Positions 1 to 13,950 are shown, counted from the first letter of the whole stretch. The stretch: 63,162 nucleotides of DNA, filler included, from Sphacelaria rigidula (GCA_964200075.2; 9 parts of 9 records of this genome joined end to end with filler, not necessarily neighbours in it), one strand, 5' to 3'. Notes: generated by a model from the sequence alone, not told the origin. Numbers and translations: made by a program.

Positions 1-269
1 CCTGCACGCCGGGGAGTCCCCCCCCCCCTCCCTCCGTTCTTTTTTTTTTTATAGCGGTGGGTGCAGACTGACGCACTTCCCGCTCGCTGTGGAAGAGGAT
101 AAATGTAAACACGCGACAACGATACCCGACACATCCGAGGACGAACAGTGCCGCCACACTCGTTCGTCCACAGTATGTAGCGAACCTGTGGTTCATCCAC
201 GTCTGTGGTCATCTTTACGCACCCCGACCTTACATCGGCAGCAACTCCACTACACTGACTAAATCATAC

Positions 270-1170
270 CGACACAATGAACGGCGAGAAAGTATGGATG
301 GCCAGCGAGCGGTTCGTCGTTGGATGTTCGCTATGGTGAACAAATGCTGCTTGTCTTCGCGCAGGGCATGTGCAACAATTGACATGGGCCGTAGTAGTGA
401 TCAAATCGCGTCTCACCGGCATCGAAAGCAGGGGGGAACTCCTTGGAAGATCCAACCCGCGGTAGCCTGACTGCGTCGATGCCGTAGAAAGCGTCGTTCG
501 TGTTGACTGCAAATTATTTTTCACATGGAAACACGAGCAGGTGGTGGTCAGAGAACGAAGCATGGAAGGTGTTTGTACTTGGGGCTTGTGATTCAAGAAC
601 CACGCCGTATCGGACAACACAACACAGACCTCGCTTAGCACCACATACTTGCAAGACATACACAATACGAGACTTCGTCGCGGGGGCTCACTGTACGTCG
701 CACGACTGACGAAACTACATGCTACCGTACTCTTGTTTTGTCCGCCTCGATCTCCCCTGTATCAACTCAGCACCACAACCACTGCAGCCAAAGCGCGTTT
801 CAGAATGTATAGAGGGGGGACTCACCGAGCATGCCGACGGTGGAGTAGACAATCCTTCCCGAGCATTTCCCAGTGTCCACCTCCATGGTACCTCTCCACG
901 TGCCGAGAGGTTCGAGGGCTCCGTCACTCACAACGTAGCCGCAGATGTAGGGTGCAACACTAGGGTCGGACAGGAGGGCCTGCAAGTCACCAACCATGAA
1001 ACAGGACGAGCGACAACAGGACCAGACCGAGCAACGACAAAAGATTTAGATGCAGGCAGGACCAAACGTGGTACACACTCGGGGGTGTCGCGCTGTACTC
1101 TGTCAAGGATGGGAGTGTTGCACATGGGGCGCAGACAAGACGGGAAAAGCAGAAGCATCGGACCCCATCG
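270..1170 (+). mobile_element. Highly degenerate Copia-like LTR retrotransposon remnant (protease / GAG-pre-integrase region)
   Basis: Frameshifted VWMA..SGSS (WxxDSGxS-like) near 290-330, RRGGSLYVARL near 675, and TKRGTHSG..LCQG near 1060-1110; no intact ORF. Confidence 0.35.
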
Positions 1171-1639
1171 CTAAATGAGAAAAAGTTGCGGGACATTGAC
1201 ACAAAACGCTACACGACAGTCACACGACTGTTTCGACACTCAAGACGGATTCCGAATGTTAGCCACGGTCTTCACCATTCCGAACCTGGGGCTCTCTCGA
1301 AAATGAGGCCTGTTAGACAGGTAGTAGTCGCGAGAGTTCCGTGGCGACTCCGCTCAACCCCATGGGGATCACTCGAGTCTGGAGCACATCACGTACATCC
1401 GGGTATTGCCCTCTTCGGGGAGTTTGTCCGCCCCTGAAGAAAATTTAGTGCACCTGTGTTTAAAACTCTCGACGATATAGGAACCAGCTTACATCAACTT
1501 TTTCGCAGAGAAGACACGGACTGGATACATGGTAGAAACGCCACGTGGTCCCACCGCGTACAGGCTCAAGTGGCGACAATCATGAGGAAATCTGGTATGG
1601 AAACGACAAGTAAGATGTCGGATCATGAAGTATAGGATA

Positions 1640-2950
1640 CCCTACCGTACGGGGGACTGCGGTTTGCCACGGAAAGTCGGACCAGTATGTTGGAAGTGGA
1701 GCATTTTGGCCTCAAATCCAGGGCGACCATATCTACGCAAGTGGTTGGTCACGAGAAGCTTAGTTATGAGCATTCTCACGCCCATGTTGTCTGCAACAGT
1801 TGCGTAGGGAAACGTATTTCCCCCCCTGGATATCCATGGAACTCCATAGCCCACTGGGCATGTACGGTTCTTTGGGATTTTGTCTGATCCAAGTCCTCGG
1901 CCGTAACCACGAGATGACAAAAATCTCACCACAAGGCCAGAGTTGTCGCCATTCTCGGCCATGGCCTTGATTTCGTCGCTGGCGGGCAGTCCCTCCTTGA
2001 ACAGGGCAACATCCTTTTATTTTGGTCATGTTCCAGACACAGGAACAGCAAAGAAAAAAGGAAAGAGAGAAGTACGCGGATGTGAGCCGCTCAAGATCGT
2101 GTCGCTTTGAATTGATTGGGGGTTAGTAACAAAAAAAGAGCAAGGAACCGGCCAAAGGGGAAAACGGATGTGTCAACTCCAAACGTTTTTTTTTCGGAAA
2201 TAAAAACAGTCAAGAACCACCAAGCGCAAGGGTTAACGTCGAAAGTCGTACAGGCAGTCCTTACAAAACACGTGTTAGAGTTGCGGGTCCACAGCTAGAG
2301 TGAATGGAAGTGTACTTTCCCAGACCTCAAATCGGCGCCTGCGGCGTCGATTTCGACAAAAAACGCGTCCTGCACACGCCAGGAGCACAGCCCCCATTAA
2401 AGATCCACATTTCGGTGCCTACACTGAAACCAAGGCGGGAATTTTCATACCTACGAAGTGGTGGAACAACCGTTTTCATGAGAAGAGTGCTCGACGTCGC
2501 ACGGTTCGAGTCGGAGATATTCCAAGTAATGAAATTCCGAGAACGTTTCATACCTACTAAGTGGTAAACTGGTAAACTAACGTAACCGTGATGCCGACTA
2601 ACAAACGGACCCTGCGTGCAGACCATGTCCTCGCCCTTTCTTAGTTGGAATCCGGTCGCAAAGGGGCTGGGGTGGTATCTCAAACTCGAGGATCCCGGCG
2701 CATTTCATAAGAATCAAATATGCCGGGAACTTCGACTTGGAAGCATCTCAAACTCGGCGTTCCTGGCATATTCCACATCAATTAACAGTCAAATATATCG
2801 GGAACCTCGAGTTTGAGATACCTCGGGTACGACACGAAAGGTTATGTGGGTAGCGACAGCCCGGCGGGCCTAGACCCCCTGCTTCATATGAGCGCCGTGC
2901 CTTTCATCAGGACAGCTGCTCCAAACTCCCAAGATAGCCCCGGCAACGAA
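1640..2950 (-). mobile_element. Degenerate Ty3/Gypsy pol remnant (RT and RNase H)
   Basis: Minus-strand fragments in Gypsy order: FATGFQLRKGEDMVCTQGPF (DLxSGFxQ..ED..TAF-like), EIDAAGADLRSGKVHF (L..AGL.L..KC.F-like), EWRQLW..GEIFVISW, VHAQWAMEFHGY, ATVADNM (N.VAD.LSR-like); many frameshifts. Confidence 0.55.
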
Positions 2951-5114
2951 GGATTACAGTGCGAGTACGTACCTGTGAAACTACGCGCTGTAAGGACTAG
3001 ATATTGTCATTATGAACTTACTGCAACACTTTTGACAACTAAATGATTTTCTTCGACGCAACATGGTCAAACTCAAGGCTGTTTCGGAAGCCAACAGTTT
3101 ACCCATGGAATCAGAGGGCGCTCTGTCATTGTACAAGTGAGGGCTCACTGGTTCAATGGGTAAACTATTCGCTTCCTGAACATGGATGACATTGCAACTT
3201 TTCTTGTGTCCATCATGAATGAGACACATACTACGCCGACGAAATGTACTGTACCCCGATAAAAATACAAATCAATCGTTGCTAACTCTTTGGTCGTATC
3301 GTAATCATTGGTTACTCGTACCAAGATCACAGCATGCCAACTTTTATACCCGTCCTTGTTCGGGGAGGGGGGTGTCGGACGTACGTCTCGAACGATAATG
3401 AATCCTGGAATGAGCCTTTATCCAATTCTCGTTTTGTCACGAGGTAAGCTCGGAAATTATTGGAGAATTTGAAATATGTGAAGTTTCTATACGTGCGTGG
3501 GGAATTATCGGACGAGCCAACACACGAACCTTACACAAAAAAAAGAGCAAAAACATAGACGCGGGCTTCACTACTACTACAACCGGAATCAGTGGGTTAC
3601 CAGGCTGGGCGGCTCCGCGTCACCCCCTCAATCAGCAGATTGCAACAGCAGTATGCTCAGCTTGCCCTAACTAGGGGATTTATGCCGTTCAGAAGATGAA
3701 ACCATCTGGTGGGACAGACAGTAGTTCAGCGTTCAGTGTCGACTTCCGGTTAGCCCTGCTTGCATGCAAGTACCCGTCTCAAAAGCATGCAAGTACCGTC
3801 TCACAAAAATCTTGTTGAATCCTTGCGTAAACTCTCAAGCACAATACACAACTCACATCCGTGTGGGCCACGACGAGTGGGGGCGAGAAGGGCTGTAGAT
3901 AGGTCAAGTTCCTCACGCGAACCTGACGTTTCGGGAGACGCGACGCATCACAACGGACAACACAACGGATGACCCACGTGGGTGAGTGTTTGGAATTCCT
4001 TCACATATATCGGGACCGCGTCGGTAACGACGACGACGCGCGCGCGCTTGCCCTTCAGGAAACAAGGCTTGGGATGCTCGAGTACCACGCAGAAGGGGTG
4101 AACATCACGCCTACCGGCAGGGCGGGTGTTACCTGCAGCGACCGGCGTGCGTGTCGGGGTTATGTTGGCACGTGGCTTTGATTCCCGTAGTGGTTCGAGA
4201 GCTGTAAACGGAGAACGCTGCTGCATCACGTATCGACCTGTCCCCGTGTGAACTGTAAACTATCACGATGTCGGCACGGGAACATGAAAACACATCTTCA
4301 TGATCTACGGTATCGTTCACTTGGCTCGAAATATATACGATATTATCTACACGAACCATGTTACTGTAGACAGGGCACACGCGGCCGAAATCCAACCCCC
4401 ACGTAGCCTCCGGGTCACGTTTGTGCCTGAAGAACTCCCGCCAACACCAACCATCACCAGTCATACAGTCAGAAAGTCAACACCTGCGCGTCGGTACATC
4501 GGTGCAATGTTTGCCTACGGACGCCAACCATCACTGGTCACAAATATGTCGGTGTGGATACCAGAAGGATGTTCGGTTCACCCCTGGTGTTTTCCGTCTC
4601 GAGATACGTACTAGAAATCAACACAAATAACCTAGGCAGCTCTCTAGATGGATAAGCACAAAGACAGCAGCGTATTGCGCTTCGACGACAACGATTATTC
4701 TCAGGTGGCCGATCACACCACAGCTGCCTCTTTTTCTTCTGGGCGAAGGGAAGCTCGAAATTCCACCGGGAAATAACGCAGGAGTGCCTAGTTCCCTGTC
4801 ACTTGGATCCAAACCCAGCGATCAATCGCATTTGTGCTTGCATCGCATGTACTCGACAGAGGTACAGCCACCGGGTGTCATGATATCATATAACTCTACG
4901 AAGCCATTGAGGGGGATGGCTACATGGCGTCAGGCACATATATGTTTGAGGGCACACACTTCTGGCAGCGCGTAGCGCAACTTGAGCGACATCGGTGGTG
5001 TATCATAATTTGCAGTGCATGGCACCAGACGATGTCTACCCAACTTTAACATCCACGACAAACAGTACTGTACCGTACTGTACTGTAGTACTGTATACAG
5101 CTGGGATGAGGGCT

Positions 5115-5115
<1 letters not shown>

Positions 5116-5148
<33 letters not shown>
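5116..5148 (+). repeat. (CAG)11 microsatellite
   Basis: Perfect trinucleotide run. Confidence 0.95.
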
Positions 5149-5149
<1 letters not shown>

Positions 5150-6279
5150 CACACAGCACTTACCTTGTACTCAACGGCGTTGGCCATACCAAGGGCGGCG
5201 GCGGCGACGAGAGCAAAAGCAGCAGTAAAGCGAGCCATGATTGGTGAAAGTGGAGGTAGTCCTTGAGGTAGAGGTGAGGGGAGTTTTGGAGTGGGTCCGT
5301 GGGGGGGAAATGTGCGTGTCGAGGTGAGCGGCGTGCGGTGGACTCAGCGAAAAATATGAGACTTGGAAATAGAACGCTTTTGATGGATTTCGGTGCTCGT
5401 AATCCGCCGATGTCCCGAAAGACCTTATTCGCATCTTTCATTGCGGTTGGGTTTTGAATCGTGATCGATCGGTCCGCTATTCGATCGATTTGATCGATCG
5501 GTTGTGCCGTTGACTTATTTACATGAAAACTGATCCCGAGGGGATGTACCCGTGGTCACACAATGATCGCTGTACTCGTTTGCATATTAATGCCCGCCGG
5601 TCTCCTCACAACGACAAAAATAAAGTATCTGACAGCTATTGTGATGATTGAATTCATCACCTCTCTTGCACGACAACGCAACGAGACAGACACTGGAGGA
5701 GGAGTCTGCCAGGTCTTACGGTATGGCTTACTCTTATTATGGCTCAAGCCAGTGACTGGGTGGTGCGATAATGGGAGAGTTCCTCAAACAATGTATAAAA
5801 TAAGTATTGCCACCCCTTTTCACGCGTCGGACAGCTCATGAGCTACCTGGACTAACTCATCGAAGGGGACTCTAAGATGCGTTGTCCAAGTTGTTGTTTT
5901 TGTTCGCACATTAAAAACCGTTCCGATATGTGCGCGGTACATTCACACTGGGCATCTGATGCGGACGCCTTCCGTGGTCACAGGCGAGCAAAAGCCAAAA
6001 ACACAAAATCGACCCAGACGAAAACTCACAAAAATATCATCAAATATTCCGCAGACAAGCTCGCTCTGGTGCGAGGTGCGGTCCATCTATTCGCCATCAT
6101 TGTGCAGTGGCGCGCAGACACCAAACAGCAAAATGGGGGAATTCCATCCAAGACAATCGAATTTTTAGAAGCAAATCATATCCCATATCCCGGATATATG
6201 AACAGTCTGTATCCTCGTGAAGGTGTACCGTTTTGATTCTCCAACGTAGTTGTCCGTGATACTGTGGACCCTATTCTGT

Positions 6280-6880
6280 AGCGGTTTCCGTTGAGTCTTG
6301 ACAACAGCTTTCCATTGAGAACGATAACCCGACAAATTTCAATCTTCGTATCCACAACAACTCTTCGAAATAATAGGGTTGCATTTCTTCAGCTCCTGGT
6401 ACTCGTGGCGATTGGTAACTTCTACACGCCCTATAAATAGGGGTTTCGATAACTCAACTGGGAATATTGGGGTCCTAGGTGAAGACACGATTCTGGAGAA
6501 ATTGGGCTGTCTGTTTTGATCGAGGGGATCTGACTATCTGACGAAATGTACGTAAGCAATGGTTGGTACTATTGGGATGCTGCCAACCCTAACCCTAACC
6601 CCGACCAAGGCATACCGAGAACCTTCGGGCTGGGGGGGTGCAAAGTATCTCAAAGGCAGGAGGTGCGCCAGAGCTCAAATCGACGCCTTTGAGCCGATTT
6701 TGGACCAAAACACGTTCTGGACGAGCCGGGTCTACTGCTCACCACTGCTAATCTGCCCGAATTCATGAATTTTCTCAGAACTTTCTTTACTCTAAAATCA
6801 AGTAAAATCGAGTACCAACCATTGTTTACGTACATTTCGTCAGATCTACCGTTTCGATCACCTGAATTCTCCCGAAAACA
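6280..6880. mobile_element. Old, partial copy of the ~445-bp foldback family, interrupted by a MITE
   Basis: Matches the left arm of 7607-8053 (aatcttcgtatccac..tcttcgaaata..ttggggtcctaggtgaa). Confidence 0.6.
6536..6845. mobile_element. MITE with 35-bp TIRs and an internal CCCTAA repeat
   Basis: ATCTGACGAAATGTACGTAAGCAATGGTTGGTACT at 6536-6570 matches the reverse complement of 6811-6845 at 34/35; aaccctaaccctaaccc near 6585-6601. Confidence 0.85.
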
Positions 6881-6930
6881 GTGTTTTCGTGAGAATGAGA
6901 GTATATGATACGATTGAGAGTGAAAAGCGG

Positions 6931-7030
6931 NNNNNNNNNNNNNNNNNNNNNNNNNNNNNNNNNNNNNNNNNNNNTTAATTAATTAANNNNNNNNNNNNNN
7001 NNNNNNNNNNNNNNNNNNNNNNNNNNNNNN
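6931..7030. other. Artificial scaffold linker (N44-TTAATTAATTAA-N44)
   Basis: 100-bp spacer with stops in all six frames; the same spacer recurs at 13961-14060, 20991-21090, 28020-28119, 35049-35148, 42078-42177, 49107-49206 and 56135-56234. Confidence 0.98.
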
Positions 7031-7606
7031 CGCGGGGGGCGGTGTCGGTGTGGGAGCTCGGGTTCGGGGAAATTGTACAGGGGGCCGAGGTCGCGGAGTC
7101 TCGGGAACATCAGAGAAAGTGCTTCGTAACACACCTCCATTCGACCTATTCGCCGTTTCCGTCTTTCAGTGGGGTGGTGATCATTTGTCCCGATGTTGTC
7201 GAATGAACCGTACGTATACCTAAGATCCCAAAAATGGAATGTCGCGTAAGATCTCGATTGTTTTCTCCCATCAAAATTTGCTTATTTTATAGGAGACGTC
7301 AGAATCTCTGTACGTTGGTGTCCCCGGGATAACATGTCCTCACTAAAGCAGGCTACCTATTGTTCACACGAGAAAAAAAGAACAGCGGTATAGATTTACA
7401 TTATATGTATATTGGCGCAAATAATTCTGAGAGCAATGATCCCCGAAAGGGCAGAAGTATTCGGCATGCGCTGATGCCGAGCATGACGAAACGAAAAATA
7501 GAATAAACACACATGAGATGTAATGAATGGTCGACATGGTACTCCACCGTACCGATATGGTACTGCGCCGTACCGCAGATCAAATTATATTTGTACATCA
7601 TCAGTT

Positions 7607-8053
7607 AACAGCCGACCATCGAAGATGAGGATGGAGCTTTTCATTGAGGATGAGAACCCGGAAAATCCAAATCTTTTTATCCACACCAAATTTTCGAGAT
7701 ATATTGGTTCCATTCCTTCATCTACTGGTACCTGTTGACAACTGCTGAACGCCCTACAAATTCGGATTTCAATAACCGAAATGTTGGGGTCCTGGGTGAA
7801 AAACCAATTGGGGGCAATTTAGGTGATCCGATTGGATTGCCACAATTCCTCGAAATTGGTTGCTCCCCTAGGACCCCAACATTTCGGTTATCGAAATCCA
7901 AATTTGTATGGCGTGCAGTACGTGTCAAAAGCTACCAGTAAATGAAGGAATGGAATCATATTTCGAAGAGTTGGTGTGGATACGAAGATTTGAATCCTCC
8001 GGGTTCTCATCCTCAATTAGAAGCTCCGTCCTCAATTTCGATGATCGGTTGTT
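7607..8053. mobile_element. Foldback (whole-length palindromic) non-autonomous element
   Basis: Arms of about 200 bp are imperfect reverse complements; termini AAC...GTT; AGTT on both flanks (7603-06, 8054-57). Confidence 0.85.
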
Positions 8054-11000
8054 AGTTGTACGTGGTCACAAGATACACGTCCCTGTGCAAAACAACATGA
8101 AAATAGTCGCTCACGAAAACTCAAGAGGGCGGAGGAGAAAAAAAAGGAAAGTTGAAGAAGAAAGGGAACGAGCAAAGGTGGGACAGGCAAGAGTGTGCTG
8201 GGGGAAGCGAGGAGCGAAAAACGTGTACGTACATGGTGCTGTATGCGCTGTTGATGGGCGAGCTCGCTTGAAATACTGCGGGGTGGCGGCGGAACGACAG
8301 AGGAACCGCGTTATGTGGCACGGGTCCACAAAAACCCGGGTGATGACTGGAAAATCATTGTCAGCGTCGTGGCATGAGTATATGCACGACTACTGCCTTG
8401 TTTCCTAAACCCGCCTGCCTAGTGAGATATTCAATGCCTCATTGTGGTCGGTCCACGAGGGGTCTAATGCTTCGCGGCGCTATATGACTTCTCCGCAGGT
8501 GATGGCTCGCACAGCTGCTCTATGGTTTGACAACCGCCCGCTCTACGAACTGACAGCTCGGCGAGTGGCGCTAGAACAACAGCAGCGACAGGGTCTTGGC
8601 GGGCAGCGATATCAACACCTTGAAAATGAGGCGTAGCCCTTCCTCGTGACCGCCGCACCTCCTCGAAGTTGGCCGATGGTAGTACGGTTTATTGTTCAAG
8701 TATGTTGAGATATTGACTAAATAGAGGGGGAAGTTTGATGAAGCCTTCTTGAGTACGCGCTGTTTCGTGATCGGCAAGACCCATCACAAATATATACTCG
8801 TATGCGGTGTGGGAAAAGTACATTCACATACCCCGCATGGGTACGCTTGGAAACAAGACGTTTGAATTCGGACAAACGTGCATCTGTGGAGACGCACGCT
8901 TGTACGAGGAATCCTATATGCCGCTGGTCGTTTGCATTTTCTTTTTTAATTACCTGCTTTTGGACCGTCGTGATTGCCGCTGATGAAACCGAGCAGTTCA
9001 CGAAACGGTCTAGACGGCTTTTGTTCCTAAAGCTGTGAATGAACCCGCACGGGCACGGCTGAATCGATCCCCAAATTGTAAAATCCCGTGTTTCAATATG
9101 TTGTTATGGCTACAGTACTGACAGTACCTGGCGCCTGAACTCTTCACTTTGGCGAGTTCTTCGTAATTGGTCATTGTGTTAGGTTCTTTCGCATGCCACT
9201 GCTCATCACATTGGGGATCTGAATATACTCGTACGGTATCCGCTCCACATTCCAAGAAAAACAAACATACGGACTCAATCTTGAGTGACTTACGAGTTGA
9301 TCGATCATCGGGGGTTCTGCCACGTTTCAGCCCAGGTTCTGACTCTTCGGTATTTTCGGTCGATCGAGCCTGTCCCGATCGTATTTGTGACAAAATGTAC
9401 AGGATTTTTCTTTAATGAAATTCTGCCTACTCATTGCACCAGAGCCGAATGACTGTTTCACGGTCAATAACACATTCCTGATGAACGGGGTATCTACTAG
9501 TATCGCCCGATAACACCAGTAACACTTACGTGGGCACTGGGGGGGGGGGGAGATCTGTTCATTTTACCAAAATCTACCGACGCTAGCTCTTTCGAGTTTT
9601 ATCGAAGAGAAGTCGCGAGGGGAAAACCTTCGGAACACCAAATAGTTCAGGCGCCCGCCCAGTACTATATCTCCAACAAAGTCATGTTCTGTACTCCACC
9701 ACCACGTAATGTCAAAAGTGTACTTCCCGTGTTGAAAGCTCTTGGTCCCTGGAGCACACGCCACGCCAGTGATCTGTAGATTGGAGGGGGCGGCGATGCA
9801 TTTGCCCCCATCACTCCCTCCCTCGGGACAAGTCCGAAGGCTCAAGAGATGCATCAACCTATCTATCCTCCGCCCGGTACTTAACGTTAGCCACATTGGA
9901 CTTTATTTATTATCGAGCTCTGGATCAGACTCCCGCGCCCCGTCGACTTTCGACGACTTTCGCCATCTTCCTCGTGATGTGACGAGCGAGGCGGATACTG
10001 TAGTGCGCACGATATAACGCTCTGCGGTATCCAACGGTTCAAGGCGGCCAGTAACGTTGATCTGGATGTTTTTTAAGGTGGTTCAACAGCCGCGAGTCGC
10101 ACCCGGATCGATCCACCCTTCCCCCCCCCCCCCCGACCCCGCATGCATACTGTTGATGGTCCAACACACACTGACACACCTACGAGACGCAGCAACTATT
10201 ATATGTCTCTGAACACATGGCAATCTCTAGACTATCAGCAAGCTCTCCTCAAACAACACAGCAGCAATCAACACGACATATATATATATCGCCACCGATC
10301 ACACCAACAACAAGAAACACCAACAACAAATAGTCACAACCAAACACAAGTGCCCAACTTCCGAACCCCCCTCCCCACTCTTTCCCCCTTCTCCCGCGCG
10401 CGAGCCCAAACGAACGCGTCCAGCCGCATACGAGGGATCACAGTCGTCAGCGGTCTCAGCAACAGGCAAAAAAGATCGATCATCGTCGACAACACGCGTG
10501 TCATTCATCAGACCTCTGCCCATAGCTCGCCAGCGATGTCCATGCGAGTCACCTCGGGGATTTCCCGACGCTACAGTAGCGTCCCTCCACCCGCCACCAT
10601 TCGAACTGTCGAGGATTGGATGCTAAAAACGTGTGTGCCGTACGCTACAAAGTTCATGACTCACGGGGGGGGGGGGGGGGGGGGAGCAATCTCCCCCCAA
10701 AAAGCCCCTTTTTTGGCTTTTTTTTTGGGGAAAACCCNNNNNNNNNNCTGCTTGCGTCACCGGGCGCCGGTGCGCGGTGAACGGGGCTGATGACAGCGCG
10801 CGGACGCGGGGGGGGGGGGGGGGGGGGGGGAAGCCATATCTCGCCCAAAAGTCGCATTTCTGGCATCTTGTCTGAGGTATACACCGGGACACAAACGAGA
10901 CCTCACGGCAGTGTCGGGGTTTATCGGTGAGGAAGTTTCTTGTTCCATATCCATCATGTCCTCCGTAGCACACACGATACACAACGCAACTCGAGGTAAC

Positions 11001-12879
11001 GATGAGCGGCAACGCTATCGATCGCGTCGCACCCGAGCACAGAAACCCCGCGCGAGGGTCAGAATTACCCTTTTACTCAAACAATCTCCTGAATGAACCA
11101 CATTACCGAATCTCCAGAAATCACAGCACTAGGCAATCGTGGCAGACGGGGCAACATGATCGTTCCTAGTTTCTGTTGTGATCCAACAACACCGATATAA
11201 TCCCCCTACTACCCCCCCCCCACCAACCCCCCCCTGCTTTTTAGGGGGGTAAAGAGGTGGAAACAGGCGACTTTACAGACATCCTCAAAACAACGTGGAA
11301 TCAACATCAAAGACTAACCGACTGCATCACGCATGTCGCCATGTGTTTTGCGCTTTGGCTCGCGGGGAACCGGGGGGGGGCGGCAGGGAGAAGACTGTAG
11401 CTTATCCGCGCGACGACAATGTACCGGTTCCTTCGCGAGGTCTCAAAACACACACAAACAATCAGCCTGCCTGCATAGCGTGCAATACCCGCAATAGACG
11501 CCAAGATCAGGCGACACTCCCTCTCAATCTTACACTTCAACGGCGCAAATCAACGTCAAACACGCGCTTCATGTTGACAACAACCCATTGCCAACACAAT
11601 CCCCGGCATTCCACTGCTCCGGGCCCTGCACTGCTGCAAGCCCGCTACACATAACCTTGCACGCGTCGATCGTCTCTACCCAAAACTTGCGGCCAAATAA
11701 TAAGGAGCAACAACAAAACATCAGCCCGCACAAAAACGACCGACCAAAGCAAAGCACTCCATCGCTCTTCTACACCGCCACCTGCCTTCTCTCACATGAA
11801 GAAAAAAATAATAAGGCTTCCCGATGGATGTCTCCCTTCTCTTATTCCCAGAATCGGGCTGATTTGAAAAATTTCATTTCACCAGATACTAAACAAACGC
11901 CGCCCTTTCCCGTTTTTCGGTGGGCTGATCGACAACATCCCGCTCATACTCGTACCGAACTTTTTTTTTTCTCACCCCCCCTTGTTGCTGCCATTAGCCA
12001 CAAATATTCAACGCCGACCGTCCTTTCGTGGAGAGCGCAGACGCTGGCTCCAATCACCCGTTTTCCCCTGTACATTGACTCTATGTGATGTGTGCCCGTC
12101 CATCATTCCTTGCTTAGACAGCAGCCAATCGCACACGCACCCTTTCCACCTCCACGGCAGGCGTAATTTAACCTTATGACCGCCATGGTGGGTCATCTCT
12201 TAAAGCGGCCTCATCTTCACTTGAAAAATGAGTGCATAACCCAGGTGACCTACTCTCGCGGCCGAAGGATTAATTATTGTACTAAAAAAAATAGGAAAAG
12301 TCTCGGACAAACGGTCAACAAGTGTACAGAAACTCTCCGATGGTTTTGAGACCGGTTTTTCGCAAAATTGTGAAAGGCTACAAAGGACGATAGATGATAT
12401 TGTCAAAAAGTGTACCGTGCAGTATCGACTAGTGCGTCTTTTGCAATGGACACAAGATTCCACGCTGTACGCAGCATATTTTTCGGCAATGGAATATCTT
12501 GCCATTATCCAGCGGCGAAATGTGTCCAATTCGCCTCAAAGACAGATTTGCATGCGCGGGGAAAGCGCAAAAAAAAAAGCGGACCAAAAACCCCCACAGT
12601 ATGGTAGAAGAGCACACCATTCACGAGGCGGCAAAATTCGTTCAAGCCCTCTTCTCGGGCAACACAGTGAACGAGGGCCGAAAGAAAGAAGCACTTTGCC
12701 CAGAGATGCTATCAGACGCAACCTTACACGTTACTGAGGAAAAGGAGGTTTTTAAAAAGCCCTTTCTGCTTCTAGGGTGAGAAAAAAAAAAAAACGAAAA
12801 TAAAGTCAATCGCAAGGTGGGGTTTTTTCCAAAAGAGTCCGAGATTTCAACCCCCCGAACTTCCACCCCCTAGCACACC

Positions 12880-12970
12880 GAAAACCCGGCGTGCTCCGTC
12901 CCAACTTTGTAGGATGCGAGGTCAACGGCCACATAACTACGGCATGCAAGATCATGAGTACACCCCCTCC
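12880..12970 (+). mobile_element. C-tailed retroposon family B, 3' fragment
   Basis: gtgctccgtccc..ggatgcgaggtcaa..ggcatgcaagatcatgagtacaccccc; flanked by direct repeat ccctagc(a/g)caccga. Confidence 0.8.
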
Positions 12971-13744
12971 CACGCACCCCACTCCCTCCTCCCTAGCGCA
13001 CCGAGGATCTAACAACTCGCGCACTGAAGCGACCGGGCAAACGTTCCGTAACCCAGGGAGTAAGTAAACTGGCAGCATACTCGCTTCGAGAAGTGTTTTG
13101 TCACTGACGATTCGACTTCCAAATCCACGCCTCTACAAACCACGGTTGATTTTCACACACGATATTTCGCCCAAATATTTTTCTTCTTCTTCATTACGCA
13201 AGTGCCACAAAACCGCAAAAAAAAACAAATAGCAGAATATATCCTCAAGGACAGAAATTGATATCATCCCAAGCACATACGCCTTCAATACATCTCCTCG
13301 AACCCGGACACCAATAATTCCCCCCCCGCCCCCTCCAAAATAATGAGTACCCCCCAAAAAAATCATCGTTATACCCCCTCTCCCCCCCCCCTCTCTGTCT
13401 CTGCCTCTGTTTCTCTGTGTGTCTGTCTCCATCCCCGCCCACTGGAGGCGTGGACATCGCGCCCGCTATTTCCCCCCAAGCTACGAATAATGAACAGAAA
13501 AACACTAGATACTAACCAAAAAAGCACAAACCTATACACACGAAATTGGGATGGCTCTTCTTAAGCAAGCACCAGCATCCAGCATCCACAAGGGTCACGC
13601 CGCCACGCTTGCCCCATCTGTCGGACGACCCGCCGATCCTTGAGTTTTCCTGACCCAATCCATCAACCTGCTCGCCCGCGCGTGGAGATCGTCGCGAAAA
13701 AATAAGGGAATGAGGGGTGAAGGGTGAGGGGTGAGGGTGGGTGG

Positions 13745-13950
13745 GGGGCGGGGGGTTACTCATTAGTTGCTTGCCTTAGTCGTTTGACTATTGACCACGC
13801 ATCCCTTTCGAGACGGAGCACAGGCGGGGTATGCATTTGTTGCTCGCCTTAGTCGTTTCATCCCTTTCGTGACGGAGCACCGTTCTTATTCCTAATAGGA
13901 ACACCTCCGATATTTGCGCTCTCATCACGCTTTTCGCATACATTACACAA
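13745..13950 (-). mobile_element. Two tandem 3' fragments of C-tailed LINE family A
   Basis: Reverse complement of gactaaggcaagcaac..atgagta; the second copy extends into sequence matching the LINE coding end near 44520-44610. Confidence 0.8.

Noticed and set aside
800-850. GGTHRA motif shared with 22336-22370
   Set aside because: Similarity is only about 25 bp, too short to define a family
8100-10100. Short ORFs that might be transposase remnants
   Set aside because: No recognisable motif and no consistent splice model
10660-10890. Apparent duplication around a 10-N gap
   Set aside because: 10665-10737 looks like a dephased read of 10810-10885 after a poly-G run; the 10-N gap near 52250 after poly-C is probably similar
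10510-13670. Possible small minus-strand exons (RREIPEVTRMDIAGELWAE, KLGTIMLPRLPRLP, LMDWVRKTQG)
   Set aside because: Splice sites are plausible, but there is no recognisable homology and the frames are ambiguous
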